DNA of 64,000 bases from assembly GCA_964106915.2 (NCBI GenBank), contig OZ066921.1; one strand, 5' to 3'. The notes under the pieces are model-generated. The model did no database searches. It saw nothing but the letters and a program-made list of their open reading frames with translations, and had not been told where the DNA came from. Positions 10,292-22,200 of the stretch are shown here, piece after piece (the first letter of the stretch is position 1; every line of letters starts with the position of its first letter). The translations under genes were made by a program, and so were the position numbers. This DNA is from Podarcis gaigeae (Eukaryota).

Positions 10292-13200
10292 TTCTTCATA
10301 TATTAATCTGTCCTCTGTGATGGAGTCAAAAGTGTGTATGGTCTTCAGACAGGACATCCGTGCTGTTCTCAGCTGTCTAGCTAGCACAGAACTTTGGAAA
10401 GCCAGAACCCGTTTTGATCAGCCTTTCTGTATTTTCAGCAGTTCAAGATTTGCTCTGAAAATGCTTTCCTGACCTGCAAGGGTTGCTTGTCATTCACATG
10501 GCTGGTGGTCAGGAAAAAAAAATGCCCCTGTGAGACTTTTCCCAGACAGCAGCTGGTTTTTCATGGAGTGGAATTTAGAATCATAGAATTGGAAGGGACC
10601 CAAGGGCCATCTAGTCTAACCCCCTGCAATCTCAGCTAAAGCGTCCATGGCAGATGGCCATCCAACTTGTTTCATGTGTGAAAATAAATTTATTATATGT
10701 GGACTTCAGTGCCTCATAAATGTTTGGGTGACCCAAGTGAGTCCCAGCTCTCACGTTACAGTATGATTGAGTAGAATACATTGGTCAGGAGGATAGCTTT
10801 ACTGGTTCAGTTTCGCATCATGCACAAGGTTGTTTGATGCACTTAGTATTTATTAATGGCTCCCTCTAACCAGGTGTGTGCCAGTTTTCGCCATGTAATG
10901 TGTTAATGCAATGGCTTGGTGTCTAAAAAATGCTGAGCCATGGTTTCTTAAACCATGGTTGGGTTGTACCCTGCCCAGTGGCTTAACTATGGTTTGTTTA
11001 CTGCCAACAAACCACAATTTGAAGCCGTGACTTCTTGTTGGCTTTGGAACCTTGTTTAGTTTTTAATTACGGCTTGCTATTCTGTATGAATCCACCACAT
11101 TTCCTCAATCACTATTTCTTTGGCCATCTCACCACCTCCTCACTAAGCTACAAAGCTACAAAGCTACAAAGACATGTGGCAAGATCAGCTTGAAAAGAAA
11201 CCAAACTTGGGAAAAGAAAGCCATGGTTTGTTTTATTATCTGTGGTACAACTTGTGCCATATACATGGTCAAACAAACAATGACTTCACTTTGTGTGCAA
11301 ACCAGGCCAGTAGTACAGAACTGACTTGGTCATAATGTGGTAATCCTGCCTGTGTCTGGCTTGTGCTTCTGAAGTTCTGCATTCTCTCATGTTACATGTG
11401 TACCATATGAACCCCTTCCAAGCAAAAACTAACCTTGGCTGGTATGTGGTCCCTGCTACTACCAATACCAAGCCTTCTTTTTTCTTCCACAGGTGGCTGG
11501 TGGTGGAGGTGCTGATCCCCTCCCACAGGTGTGTACCTACAGCCAGGGGCTGTAACTGGAGGGGGGAGGAAGAGACACAACCTTGAGGCTCTTTTTAAAT
11601 TACTTTTCTTGCAAACACCTCTTTCAGCAAACTATGTAAGAAGTCAGTATCCAAGTACCATCTGAGTCCTCAGCCCTCTCCTGAGCTGGGATAAGAACTG
11701 GCTTTTACTGTCCAATTGCTTTCCACATCCTTGGGGTCTTTCTCAAGATTAAGTTAAGCTTCACATGCCTGTAACTATAAGGAACTGCCATCTTTTCTTG
11801 CCCACTGGTCCTGGGCATTCCAGTATTTTAATGGGGGTGGTGAGACCAAGTTCACGTTTAGAGATGTTAAAGTCTAGATATTCATTATACCATATTCTTC
11901 TACACCCCAGAGTTCTGGGTTTAGTGACTGTTGTTCCTTACCAGAGTTCCCACTCTAGGTGCAAAATGAACAATACAGGCAGCTGTCTGATGCGCTGTTG
12001 ACATATGATGGACCTTGTCTGCTCACTCACCCTGTTGGCCTCACATTGCTCTGTGCTGAGAAGGAGAAAAGAGGTGCTGCTTGCCTGTCTTGATTCCTCT
12101 CTGGCTTGACTTCTTTCCCCTGCCTTTCACAGGAAGTTGGTGGTGGTGTTACCATTTCACTGCTGCTCACAAAACGACTTACAAGACTATTTAAATACAG
12201 CATAGCTTATGCAGCAGTTAAAATCCATGTGCAAAGTTAAGAGGCATGAGATCATGGGCATATCTGCAACTTTTAAACAGTGATATTTCAAGTACTTCTG
12301 TGATCACTACCTCCCTCACTCAAAACTTTGCCGATGCTGTCTTTTATGGAGCAGTCAGACACTGGGCATAAGTTTCATTTAATTTTTCCAAGAGAGTTTG
12401 GGCTAGGAAAGCCATGTATGCACTGTCATTAGAGCTAACAGGTTACTTCTGTAACCACAAGAAAGGAATCTCAACAAAAATTAATGTTTGTGAATGAATT
12501 CCCAGTGCTAATGATACTGTTAACAATCTAGTCCATGATGAACTTCTGACTATTCGGACACCATGATTTTCCAAATAATTGATTTGCTTCTTGTGTTTAA
12601 AAGGGGTAAATTCAATTGTGTAGATAAAATGAGGGATGAAGCTGCATGGGAACCCCAATAGTTGTCCAGGAGCGCCCCCTCCCCCAAAAGCTAGTTCTGG
12701 CAGCTGTTGGGTGCCAGCAGACTGAGGACAGTGGGGGTGCTTTGTGAATAAGGAAGCCTTGCTGCCTGTGTTGCTGAACCTTGTGCATCCATTACAGTCG
12801 AATGCTTATGACATGGGTGAATCTGAAGACCTGAGTGCCTCAATTTTGGAACTGTGTTAGGAGTCTGTGGAGGACTTGGGTGGCGGCTTTAGCCTTTATT
12901 GTGACAGAGAGGAGCACATGTCATGGACTTCTGCACTGAGGTGGGAGTGAGTTCCACTCAGGTCAGCAAGTAAAAGGGTGAATGGCTTTGCTTTTGCCAA
13001 CCTTAGGGCCCTCTCATCTGTTTTGGACTATCAGCTTTCCCCAGCACAGCTGATGGGAGCTGCAACCCAAAACAGCTGAATGGGCATGAGTTTGGTGAAG
13101 GCTATACAGTAAGCCTGAAATTTAGGGGGGGTATATTATGGGGAAAGCACCAAAAGCCAAAATCACATATGGCCAAAACACATTGGAGGATATTGTGAAA

Positions 13201-16200
13201 GTCGTCTCCCCCCTCAGATGCCTGCCCCCCTTTTAATTTATTTGCCAAGCACAAAAAGCTGAATTCGCACAAATTAAATACATGTAAGTTACAAGGTTAC
13301 TGTATCTAGTTTCTGAAGCTGAACTCATTAGAGCCCTCCTGTATGAGTTGCTCATTTGCTTGCTCCTTTGCCTGCTGCCTCCACAGGATTGGCTGTGAGC
13401 TTGGTGGGCCAATCCGCTGTTGGTATTTAACTCTTTAGAATAGCTGTTTTCCATATCTGAGTTCTTTGAAGCTGGTGGTCTACAGATGAAAAGAAATATA
13501 CAGCCTAAGATCCTGATTTGTGTGCTGCCCCTGTAAAAGGCCAAGCTGGAGAGTGCTTAACATGGAAAGCAGCTACACAAGCATAGGTGACAGGAACACG
13601 GAAGCAGCCATTGGGCCATTGGCTCAGTATTCTCTACCCTAGCTGGCCGTGTCCCTGCAGGGCTTTCTTTTGGGAGGTATTAGCAGCGCTGCTAGGGACG
13701 CAGGTGGCGCTGTGGGTTAAAGCCTCAGCGCCTAGGACTTGCCGATCGAAAGGTTGGCGGTTCGAATCCCTGCGGCGGGGTGCGCTCCCGCTGCTCGGTC
13801 CCAGCGCCTGCCAACCTAGCAGTTCGAAAGCACCTCCGGGTGCAAGTAGATAAATAGGGACCGCTTACCAGCGGGAAGGTAAACGGCGTTTCCGTGTGCG
13901 GCTCTGGCTCGCCAGAGCAGCGATGTCACGCTGGCCACGTGACCCGGAAGTGTCTCCGGACAGCGCTGGCCCCTGGCCTCTTGAGTGAGATGGGCGCACA
14001 ACCCCAGAGTCTGTCAAGACTGGCCCGTACGGGCAGGGGTACCTTTACCTTTACCTTTAGCAGCGCTGCTAGGGATTGCACCAGCAGGGGAAATGTTTTC
14101 TGCTATAGTGGTAATTTCTAAATGGTTTCATTGGCAGAATGAATGTGAGGAAACTGAACAGTGACGTGTCTGTTAAAATGTTACATATTTATTTGTTTAT
14201 TATTAAATTTGTTAGTCACTTTATATTTCCCAAGGCAACCCAAAGCAACTTACAGCCAATTAAAATTCATATTAACATATCTATGCATTGTCTAAATCCT
14301 GTGTAATCTCTGGCACTGTATTTAAAACATGTGAATAAGCTATTTTGTTTCTATCGATAGAGGACAACTGGAAAGTGTTCATGTATCCATTTCCAAGCTG
14401 AGTGGACACCATGTTAGTTAACATTACAGTCTCTTCAGCCCCACTTTTTTTTTACTTCAATTGAATCCATGTTGCCCCCCTGGTATCTCCATCCTTGGCA
14501 GTATTGCTGTTTAATTCTTCCCTTTTGCCCCCATTTATTTCCATAAAACTGCAGCCAAATTCTTTCCCTTCTGCCTCTTGAACAAGAAATCCCCTTGGTC
14601 TTTTTGGTGCTAACTAAACCGGACTTGCCACTTAGCATCTACTGTGGAAGCCTGAACTCTAGGGAGGACAACTGCTTGACCTGGAGTTCCTGTAGGGCTC
14701 CATTGTGGGAAGATGCAAAGAGAAGAGCATCTTGATGCAGAAGTGCGGATCTTGCCACTATGGGCATATCTCTTTCTAGTGGCTTCTAATCTTGCATTTT
14801 GATGGTTCAATGCAATTTATACCTGTGAAGCCATAGAAGTTTCTCTAGCTCTGCAAAAGCCTGCTCTGACTCAGATTCCTCAATCTGGCGGTTAATAGTT
14901 CAGTGGCATTCTGGGGTTTTTTTCCTTTCTGGAATGTGGAAAGAAGGTGTGTGGATTCTTACTATTAACTTCTGGTGGAAAGATCTAAAATCTGTGAGAG
15001 GTTGCTAACCATTTGTTCTCTGAGCTTCCATCTGCTTCATTAGTTCATTGTTTTCGTAATAGTGTTTTGTTATCCCTCCTGCCAACTCCATCATTTTTTT
15101 TAAAAGAACTAAATTAGCTGCATCTCACATGTTTTAGTTAAGTTACATTATCTGGGTTGGTGTATTTTTATTAACCTGTGGGATTTATTTTGATCTGCAT
15201 CACAATTTTTGTTTGACAGATACTCTGTGTTTGTGTGTGTTATTTAGAGAGAGCAAATGAGAATAAACTGTTCTGTTGGCTGCAGGCATAAACGTCTTGT
15301 CTGATCATTTTCTTGTGGTTAGGAGGAGAGCAAGAAACTGTTTTCACTTCAGTTGTATTCTGACCCAGATGTGATTATGATATAAATGGGGGGGGGGGGA
15401 GAGGCTCTCAAAGAAGGTCCACACTTCTTGCTGTAGCTTCCTTGTGCCTTGAGTATTCTTCTCCTTTTACCACAGTCCAAGTGTCTGAAGGCCATGCTGC
15501 CCCTTTGTCATGAACTTGTGTGTGATGGTGTTGATGGAAATAACTGTAGTAGCCTTTGTGAAGAGTTTCTGTTGTCCATATTTGTTCTACAAACCTCTTT
15601 CTTGACCTTCTAAATATTGGCACCCGTCTTCTTTCTTCTGTAATTAGATGAATTTGATGCCTATATCATTGTGTCCTTCGTCAATGCCACCCTGGTACTG
15701 TCTATCGGAGAAACTGTAGAGGAGGTTACAGACTCGGGATTCCTTGGTACTACGCCCACCTTGTCTTGCTCATTGTTGGGAGATGATGCTTTGGTGCAGG
15801 TAAGGGGCCTTTTACCTCTTAGTGTTCTGCTTGCCTTTTGCAGCCAGGCCTGTTGGCCTTCTCAAGAGATGCAAGGAGAGGGTTTGGTTGTGGTGCTCTC
15901 CTGGCATGGATGGGGTGGTGGTAGCTTATTTAATAGTTGTGACCTGCAAACTGGCTAGAGAATAAGGTCACCTTTAAGGTTGGGAAAGGACTGTTCCCAG
16001 AGCCTTTCAAAGTAAGATTCCCTTGGTGTTCCGCTCTTACTAAAAAACGTTTAGTCTTCTACTGCATTATTTTAACTGGTTGCATAGACTAATATTCCCT
16101 GTGATTTTTGTTTTGTTTTGTTTTTAAAGGTAGATAGGAGCTTGTGGAATCTTGATCATTTACCTTGGTAGCACTTTTCAAGTTGCTGTTTGTTGACCTT

Positions 16201-19200
16201 GCCCTCTTTCAGCTAGATTTAATGAGAACACTTGATGGTGAATGGCAGAAATTAGTTGTGTGAATGAGACAAAGATTATAGATCATTTTGTAAACTAAAA
16301 AGCTGTACAGGTAGGCATGGAAATCTTGCCATGTGCTTGTGGCAAATGGGCTAGAGATGGGCATTCTGAGTAAGCTTTTGTAAACCAGATAAGAGGTGCT
16401 GGTTCTTCTGCTTCCCTTGTTGACCTGTGGTGTGTCCAAATGACAGTAAAAAACGATGTGAGCAAGCAGTTTAGGAAAAAATTAAAAAAGGCTAGGCTGA
16501 TAACTTCTGTGAACTGACTTGCAAGGCTAGCCTAATAATGGAAAGAACAGCAAAGGCACTTCCTGTCAAATGGACTGACTCAGCATCTTATTTCTGTATT
16601 TGTTTAGGTTTATCCTGATGGCATCCGGCACATCAGAGCAGATAAAAGAGTTAATGAGTGGAAAACACCAGGGAAGAAAACCATCGTCAAATGTGCTGTG
16701 AATCAGAGACAAGTGGTGATCGCACTGACAGGGGGAGAGCTGGTCTACTTTGAGATGGACCCAGTACGTGAGCTTAGCTGGAGGGAGATGTGACTTTCAT
16801 GAGGGTTTGCAGACTAGGCTTGCAGTGGAAACAAATGAGAACTGCATCAGAGCATTATTGGGCTCCTTATGTCGCATTCCTTCATTTCAGGGGTTCTTGT
16901 GCAGAATAACATTCGGGTAATTTGTGCTATTTGGGTGGGGTGGGTGTTTGGGGGTTGCTTTGGTGGGCCATTGCAGAGACTGGCATATTTTTAAGACCAG
17001 CTTATCTCTGATAAACTTGGTGTTCTTCAAAGTGCTCCAGGCTTCCTACCTCAAAAGGTCAAACAAGCAAGGTCACCTGTCATCATAGGTGGTTTAAAGA
17101 ATTTACTGCACAGCTCTTGATCTGAAATGAGTCTGGTTCTGCTAATCCAGGTGTGACTTCCTTCCTCCATTGTGCCTTTTTTCCATACCAGTCAGGGCAG
17201 CTGAATGAATACACAGAGAGGAAGGAGATGTCTGCTGACGTGGTGTGCATGAGCTTGGCCAACGTTCCCCCAGGAGAGCAGCGCTCCCGGTTCCTTGCTG
17301 TTGGGCTGGTGGACAACACTGTGCGCATCATTTCCCTCGACCCCTCTGTAAGTGCTTCCTGAGAGTCGCTTGCCTGTAGCTAAGCCTTTGCTGACCCAAA
17401 TTAAAGTAACCAAAACTACCCCCCCCCCCCAAAAAAAAAACTGAGTGAGAGGAAGTTCCAGGCGTGGTTAGCAGGGCTTTCCTTTCTTTGGATGTGAGAA
17501 TGCACTAGACTGACTTTGGTTTGTTCTCTAATATGAAAGGAGAGCATATTGGAAGCAAGCAGACTTATAAAGTGGGCAATACAACTACTGGTGCTTCGTC
17601 AGAAACCCCAAAGGCATGGCTTACTCCTCCAGTACCCCAATATGTCTTCCAATTTTAGCTGACTCCAGCTGAACTCTAGCATGCTCTTTTCCCAACCCAA
17701 ACTGCAGTTGCTTTCTCTCCCCTCCCCTTCTTTTTTTTGATACCCTGCCTCTTAATTTGAAGGTTCAGGCATTCCAAAGGGCTTGATGCCAGGAAGGCGC
17801 ATCCAAGCCTCTGGTCATGCGTATAATAGGTCAATTCACAATAATCAAGGTGTATGTTGTACATGAGCTTTCTCCAACCTGGTGACTTTCAGATGGTTTG
17901 AACTACAACTCACCCCAGCCCTAGCCAGTTTGGCTGAGGATTATGGGAGTTGTATTCCAAACTTTCGGAAGATAGTGGGTTGCCTGAAAGAAGGCCAGAG
18001 CTAAAAATGATTCTTCAAAGACTTCCTCAGATGAAATGAATCTTCCCACAGATTGCTCCAAATGGAGAAACACTTTGAGCTGGTTGGCATAATCAACATT
18101 GCCATGTGCTTCTTCAATCTATCTCTTCAGACTGCTGGGGGATGTGGTTGAATGCCCTCCTACATAGAAAATTGGCAGATCATCTTAGTCTTCTCCTTCA
18201 AATGTGCCAGGCATTTTTGTACAAAGGAGAATCCAGCCATTTACAGTTCCTCAGCTGATGTCTGAAGTGGTTCAGGGTAGCAACAAAGACCTTATGTGTT
18301 ATGCTTTGTTCTTTCTATCTGCTTTAGTAATGGTGTCTTCCTTCTCCATCCCTTAGGACTGTCTTCAGCCGCTGAGTATGCAAGCTCTCCCTGCCCAGCC
18401 AGAATCACTGTGTATTGTGGAAATGGGTGGAGCTGAGAAGCAGGATGAGCTGGGAGAGCGGGGCTCAATTGGCTTCTTGTATCTGAACATTGGCTTGCAG
18501 GTGAGCAATTACTGCCCAGAACCTTTGCTGGATCCTCGATATATGGGATTGGACCAGGTCTTGCTGCATTTGACTGGACTGTATGGGAAGCTATACTCTT
18601 GAGTTTGTACAACCCTATAGAGACCCGTTCCACATACCCTCCCAGAAGGCCTGCCAGAATGGAACACTGCGTCCCTCCTGCCACCTTCTTCGCTCTTCCA
18701 GAGCTCCCGAGGAACGGAACCCTCTCCCGCTTTATTAAGGCAGACTCTAATCCCATTGTGAAGGATACCTTCTGTCTGCCAGGGAGGAGGGTGGAAGTGT
18801 TAGAGCTCATCTTCCAGCGGGTCAGGGGTCTTTGTATTTAGGTGGGAAGTGGCAGTAGCCTACACTTTAAGCTGCTTCACAAAAAAGCCTTTTCTTAGTT
18901 TGTTAAAGGAGGAAACAGCAGCTTTGTAGCAGTGTTGTGCTTAATTTTGTACATGCCAGAGAGAACCTGGAAATAGTAAGACTTCCAGAGTCAGGAGCTG
19001 AAGATACATTGGTATTCTGAGTTCATCTGGTGCTCTTTTTCTCTCTGCCTGCCCTTGTCCCTCTCCCCACACCTTGCTTTGCTCATCTTCCCTTGTAACC
19101 CAGAACGGTGTGCTTCTCCGAACTGTCCTTGATCCAGTTACTGGTGACCTCTCTGACACAAGGACCAGGTATCTGGGCTCGCGCCCTGTGAAGCTCTTCC

Positions 19201-22200
19201 GAGTCCGGATGCAAGGCCAAGAAGCGGTGAGTGAGCGGGGAATCAGAGGAGTGCACTCATGAAAAGCTGGAGGGGGAGGAGCAAAAACTTCAGGAGGACT
19301 GTGAATCTGGTGACTAAGATCTTTGAGAAATTTGGGGTGGGATGAGTTCACATCTAAATTCCTTGTTTACCGTCTGGTACAGAGGGAAAATACATGCTAT
19401 TGGATGGGGGTGTGAGTGAGGGAGAAAACAAAAGTGTTGATCAGGCCAGGGGAAAGGAAATACCTTGGCCTGCTTCTGGATCCTGCTCATTTTAGCTGCT
19501 TGTGGGAAAGGGAGGGGGGCATTAAAGGAGGAGGAAGTACTCAATGTACTTTGTTTGCCTGGCTCTTGCTGCTGTACTCATTGCACCTGATTTACAGAGT
19601 GCAAGGTGTTTTTGAAGGTTGGTGATAAAGTAGCCAGGCTTGTGGCCTTCAGGATCATATTGTTGTGGAGCTGGAAGGGACCCTGTGGGTCATCTAGTCC
19701 AACACCATGCAATGCAGGAATCTCAATTTGGCCCCCTCAAAACTTCTCTTATGCTGGTGGCTTGGGGACTCCTAGAGCCTGTAATTAGTTCTGCCCTGCC
19801 AACAGAGCCTTTGATTGTGGACTTCTAGAAGGCAGCCAGCTTGGTTCCCAGAGGTGTGAGCTGCTCTGTCCCATTTGCTGTTCTCTCCCTGAGTTTTCTC
19901 TCTCTTCTTTTCCTCCTGCTCCAGGTGCTGGCCATGTCAAGCCGTTCTTGGCTGAGTTACTCCTATCAGTCCCGCTTCCACTTAACACCCCTCTCATATG
20001 AAACGTTGGAGTTTGCCTCTGGCTTTGCTTCAGAGCAGTGTCCAGAGGGCATAGTAGCCATCTCAACAAACACACTGAGGTTCGTATCAAAATGCCAGCG
20101 GTGGGAAAGGAAACAAATAATGGAACCTATTTGCCTTCTCTCTTGGCACACAGGACTGTCTGTCTGCCTTGCTTGTCTGTCCCAAGCTCCTTCCTGCGCA
20201 AAGCAGGGGCATCTGGTGCCCAAAAGGGTTGCCCTGAATGCCTCCTTTCTACATGACCTTGCATGGGTAAGGTGGCTTACCCACTCTGCATTGAGTAGCT
20301 TGATCTGGTCTCCTTCCTAGTTGCTCAAGATGGGAAGGAGAGCTGTACATGGCAGCCACCCACCCACTGCATCCCACCCGAAGCATGACTGGTTGTTGGG
20401 AGGAGATTATTCCTTGGTGGTAGCCAGTCTGTGGAGTGTACACTTCAGAGGCTGCTCTACTTTTTCACAAAGCATCGGGTGCTTCTGAAAAAGCAGCCTT
20501 GTTGGTTTTGTTGAAGGTCTACTTGATCTCTCTTCAGGGGCAGGAGGCAGCTGTCTCTCCTGATCTTGAATATTAAAGGAGGTTGCCTGGCATGCTGACA
20601 CCCACAAGCTTTCCTGCATGAAGCTCCGTAGAATACAAAGTACTGTGAATTGGCTGTCAGGGGTGGCCATTGTAAATAAGCCTGCAAAAGTAACTGGTCT
20701 TTAGCCATCATGCAAGTGCAGGTACAGCGCTCTTCCTTCCGCTAAGCAGACTGAAGGAGGAGGGACGCAAGGACCCTTTCCTCCTCTGCCTTTCACTCAC
20801 ACACTCATGGAGCTCCCCATCACTGATGGCTACCAGGCAAGTTGTCAGTTTTCAGGTTGAAAAGGTCCCACTTCTGCTGGATGGAAGGTGGTTCATGCCA
20901 CAGATGCTTGCCCTCAAGGGAGGCTCCATTGTTTGGCCTGGATGTCCTTTTAGGTCCTTTAAGGTGGCTCACTGGGATAAGCCTAATGTCTGCAACTTTT
21001 TGGCTCCCACAGGATTTTGGCCCTGGAGAAGCTTGGAGCTGTCTTCAACCAGGTTGCCTTCCCGTTGCAGTACACTCCTAGGAAGTTCGTCATCCACCCT
21101 GAGAGCAACAACCTAATCATCATTGAGACGGACCACAATGCTTATACTGAGGCCACTAAAGCCCAAAGGAAGCAGCAGATGGCGGAGGTAACATGCCTGG
21201 CTTCTGCCTCGGGCCCAGCTCTCACCAAAGAAGGGCAGGGACAGGATTCTGTGAGCTGGAGCTTCTTTTGCTGCTGCTGCACTTGGTGGGGAAGTTGTCG
21301 CAACACAGTGCAGAGCAGTGACCACTTTCCTTTCTAGAGAGGAGGCTAGTCTACTTTTGTAACCCATGGAAAAGCTCACTTACTTTCTGCACCTCAGTTA
21401 GGACTGCCTAATCATCATAATCACAAGAAGCAGTGATGGCCACCAACTTGGATGGCTTTAAAAGAGCATTAAATAACTTCACGGAGAAGTATATTATCAG
21501 TTGCCTACTAACCATGATGACTATATTCTGTCTCCATTGCCAAAAACAGCATCCCTCTAAATGCCAGTTCTTGGGAATGACTTAGGTCCTGCTTGGGCTT
21601 CCAAGAGGCAACTGCTTTGGCCACTGTGAGAACAGGATGCTGCACTAGAGATAGGTCTTTGGCCTGAACCAGCAGGCAGCTCTTACAGTCCTTTTTTTGC
21701 CCCTTTGTGCATTGCAGGAAATGGTGGAAGCCGCAGGGGAAGATGAGAGGGAACTAGCTGCAGAGATGGCGGCAGCGTTTCTGAACGAGAACCTTCCCGA
21801 GTCCATCTTTGGTGCCCCAAAGGCAGGAAATGGACAATGGGCGTCTGTTGTCCGGGTGATGAACCCCATCCAAGGAAACACTTTAGATCTAGTCCAGCTG
21901 GAGCAAAATGAAGCTGCCTTCAGGTAAGGAACAGTTTCTGCACCTCTGAAGCAAGTTACCCTTTTGAATGCTGCCCTTTCTGCTAAATAATGGAAATACT
22001 CTTTATACTTTTGTATACTTACTTTGGTCATACTTGAAGTACACCAGTCAAACCAAATATTTACTTGTGCTATTGTAGCTAGATGACTCTAGAATATAAT
22101 TAAATAAAGCAAAAATGTGGTCTGCCTGAAGTTGTTTGGGGTCTTGGGGCTGATACACGGCAGTCATTTACCATGATCTTCTCAGCTGACAATGGCCCTA

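Noticed and set aside
10870-11240. Repeated AACCATGGTT-type palindromes in intron 11 as a structured RNA
   Set aside because: Looks like an eroded palindromic interspersed repeat; no termini, TSD or RNA-family motif could be defined.
12535-12560. ATGATGA followed by CTGA in intron 11 as a third C/D snoRNA
   Set aside because: Boxes are only 4 nt apart, with no terminal stem or guide region.
13695-13780. tRNA-like A/B boxes as tRNA genes (also near 34030 and 60960)
   Set aside because: These are SINE heads, followed by SINE bodies and tails or degenerate; no complete cloverleaf.
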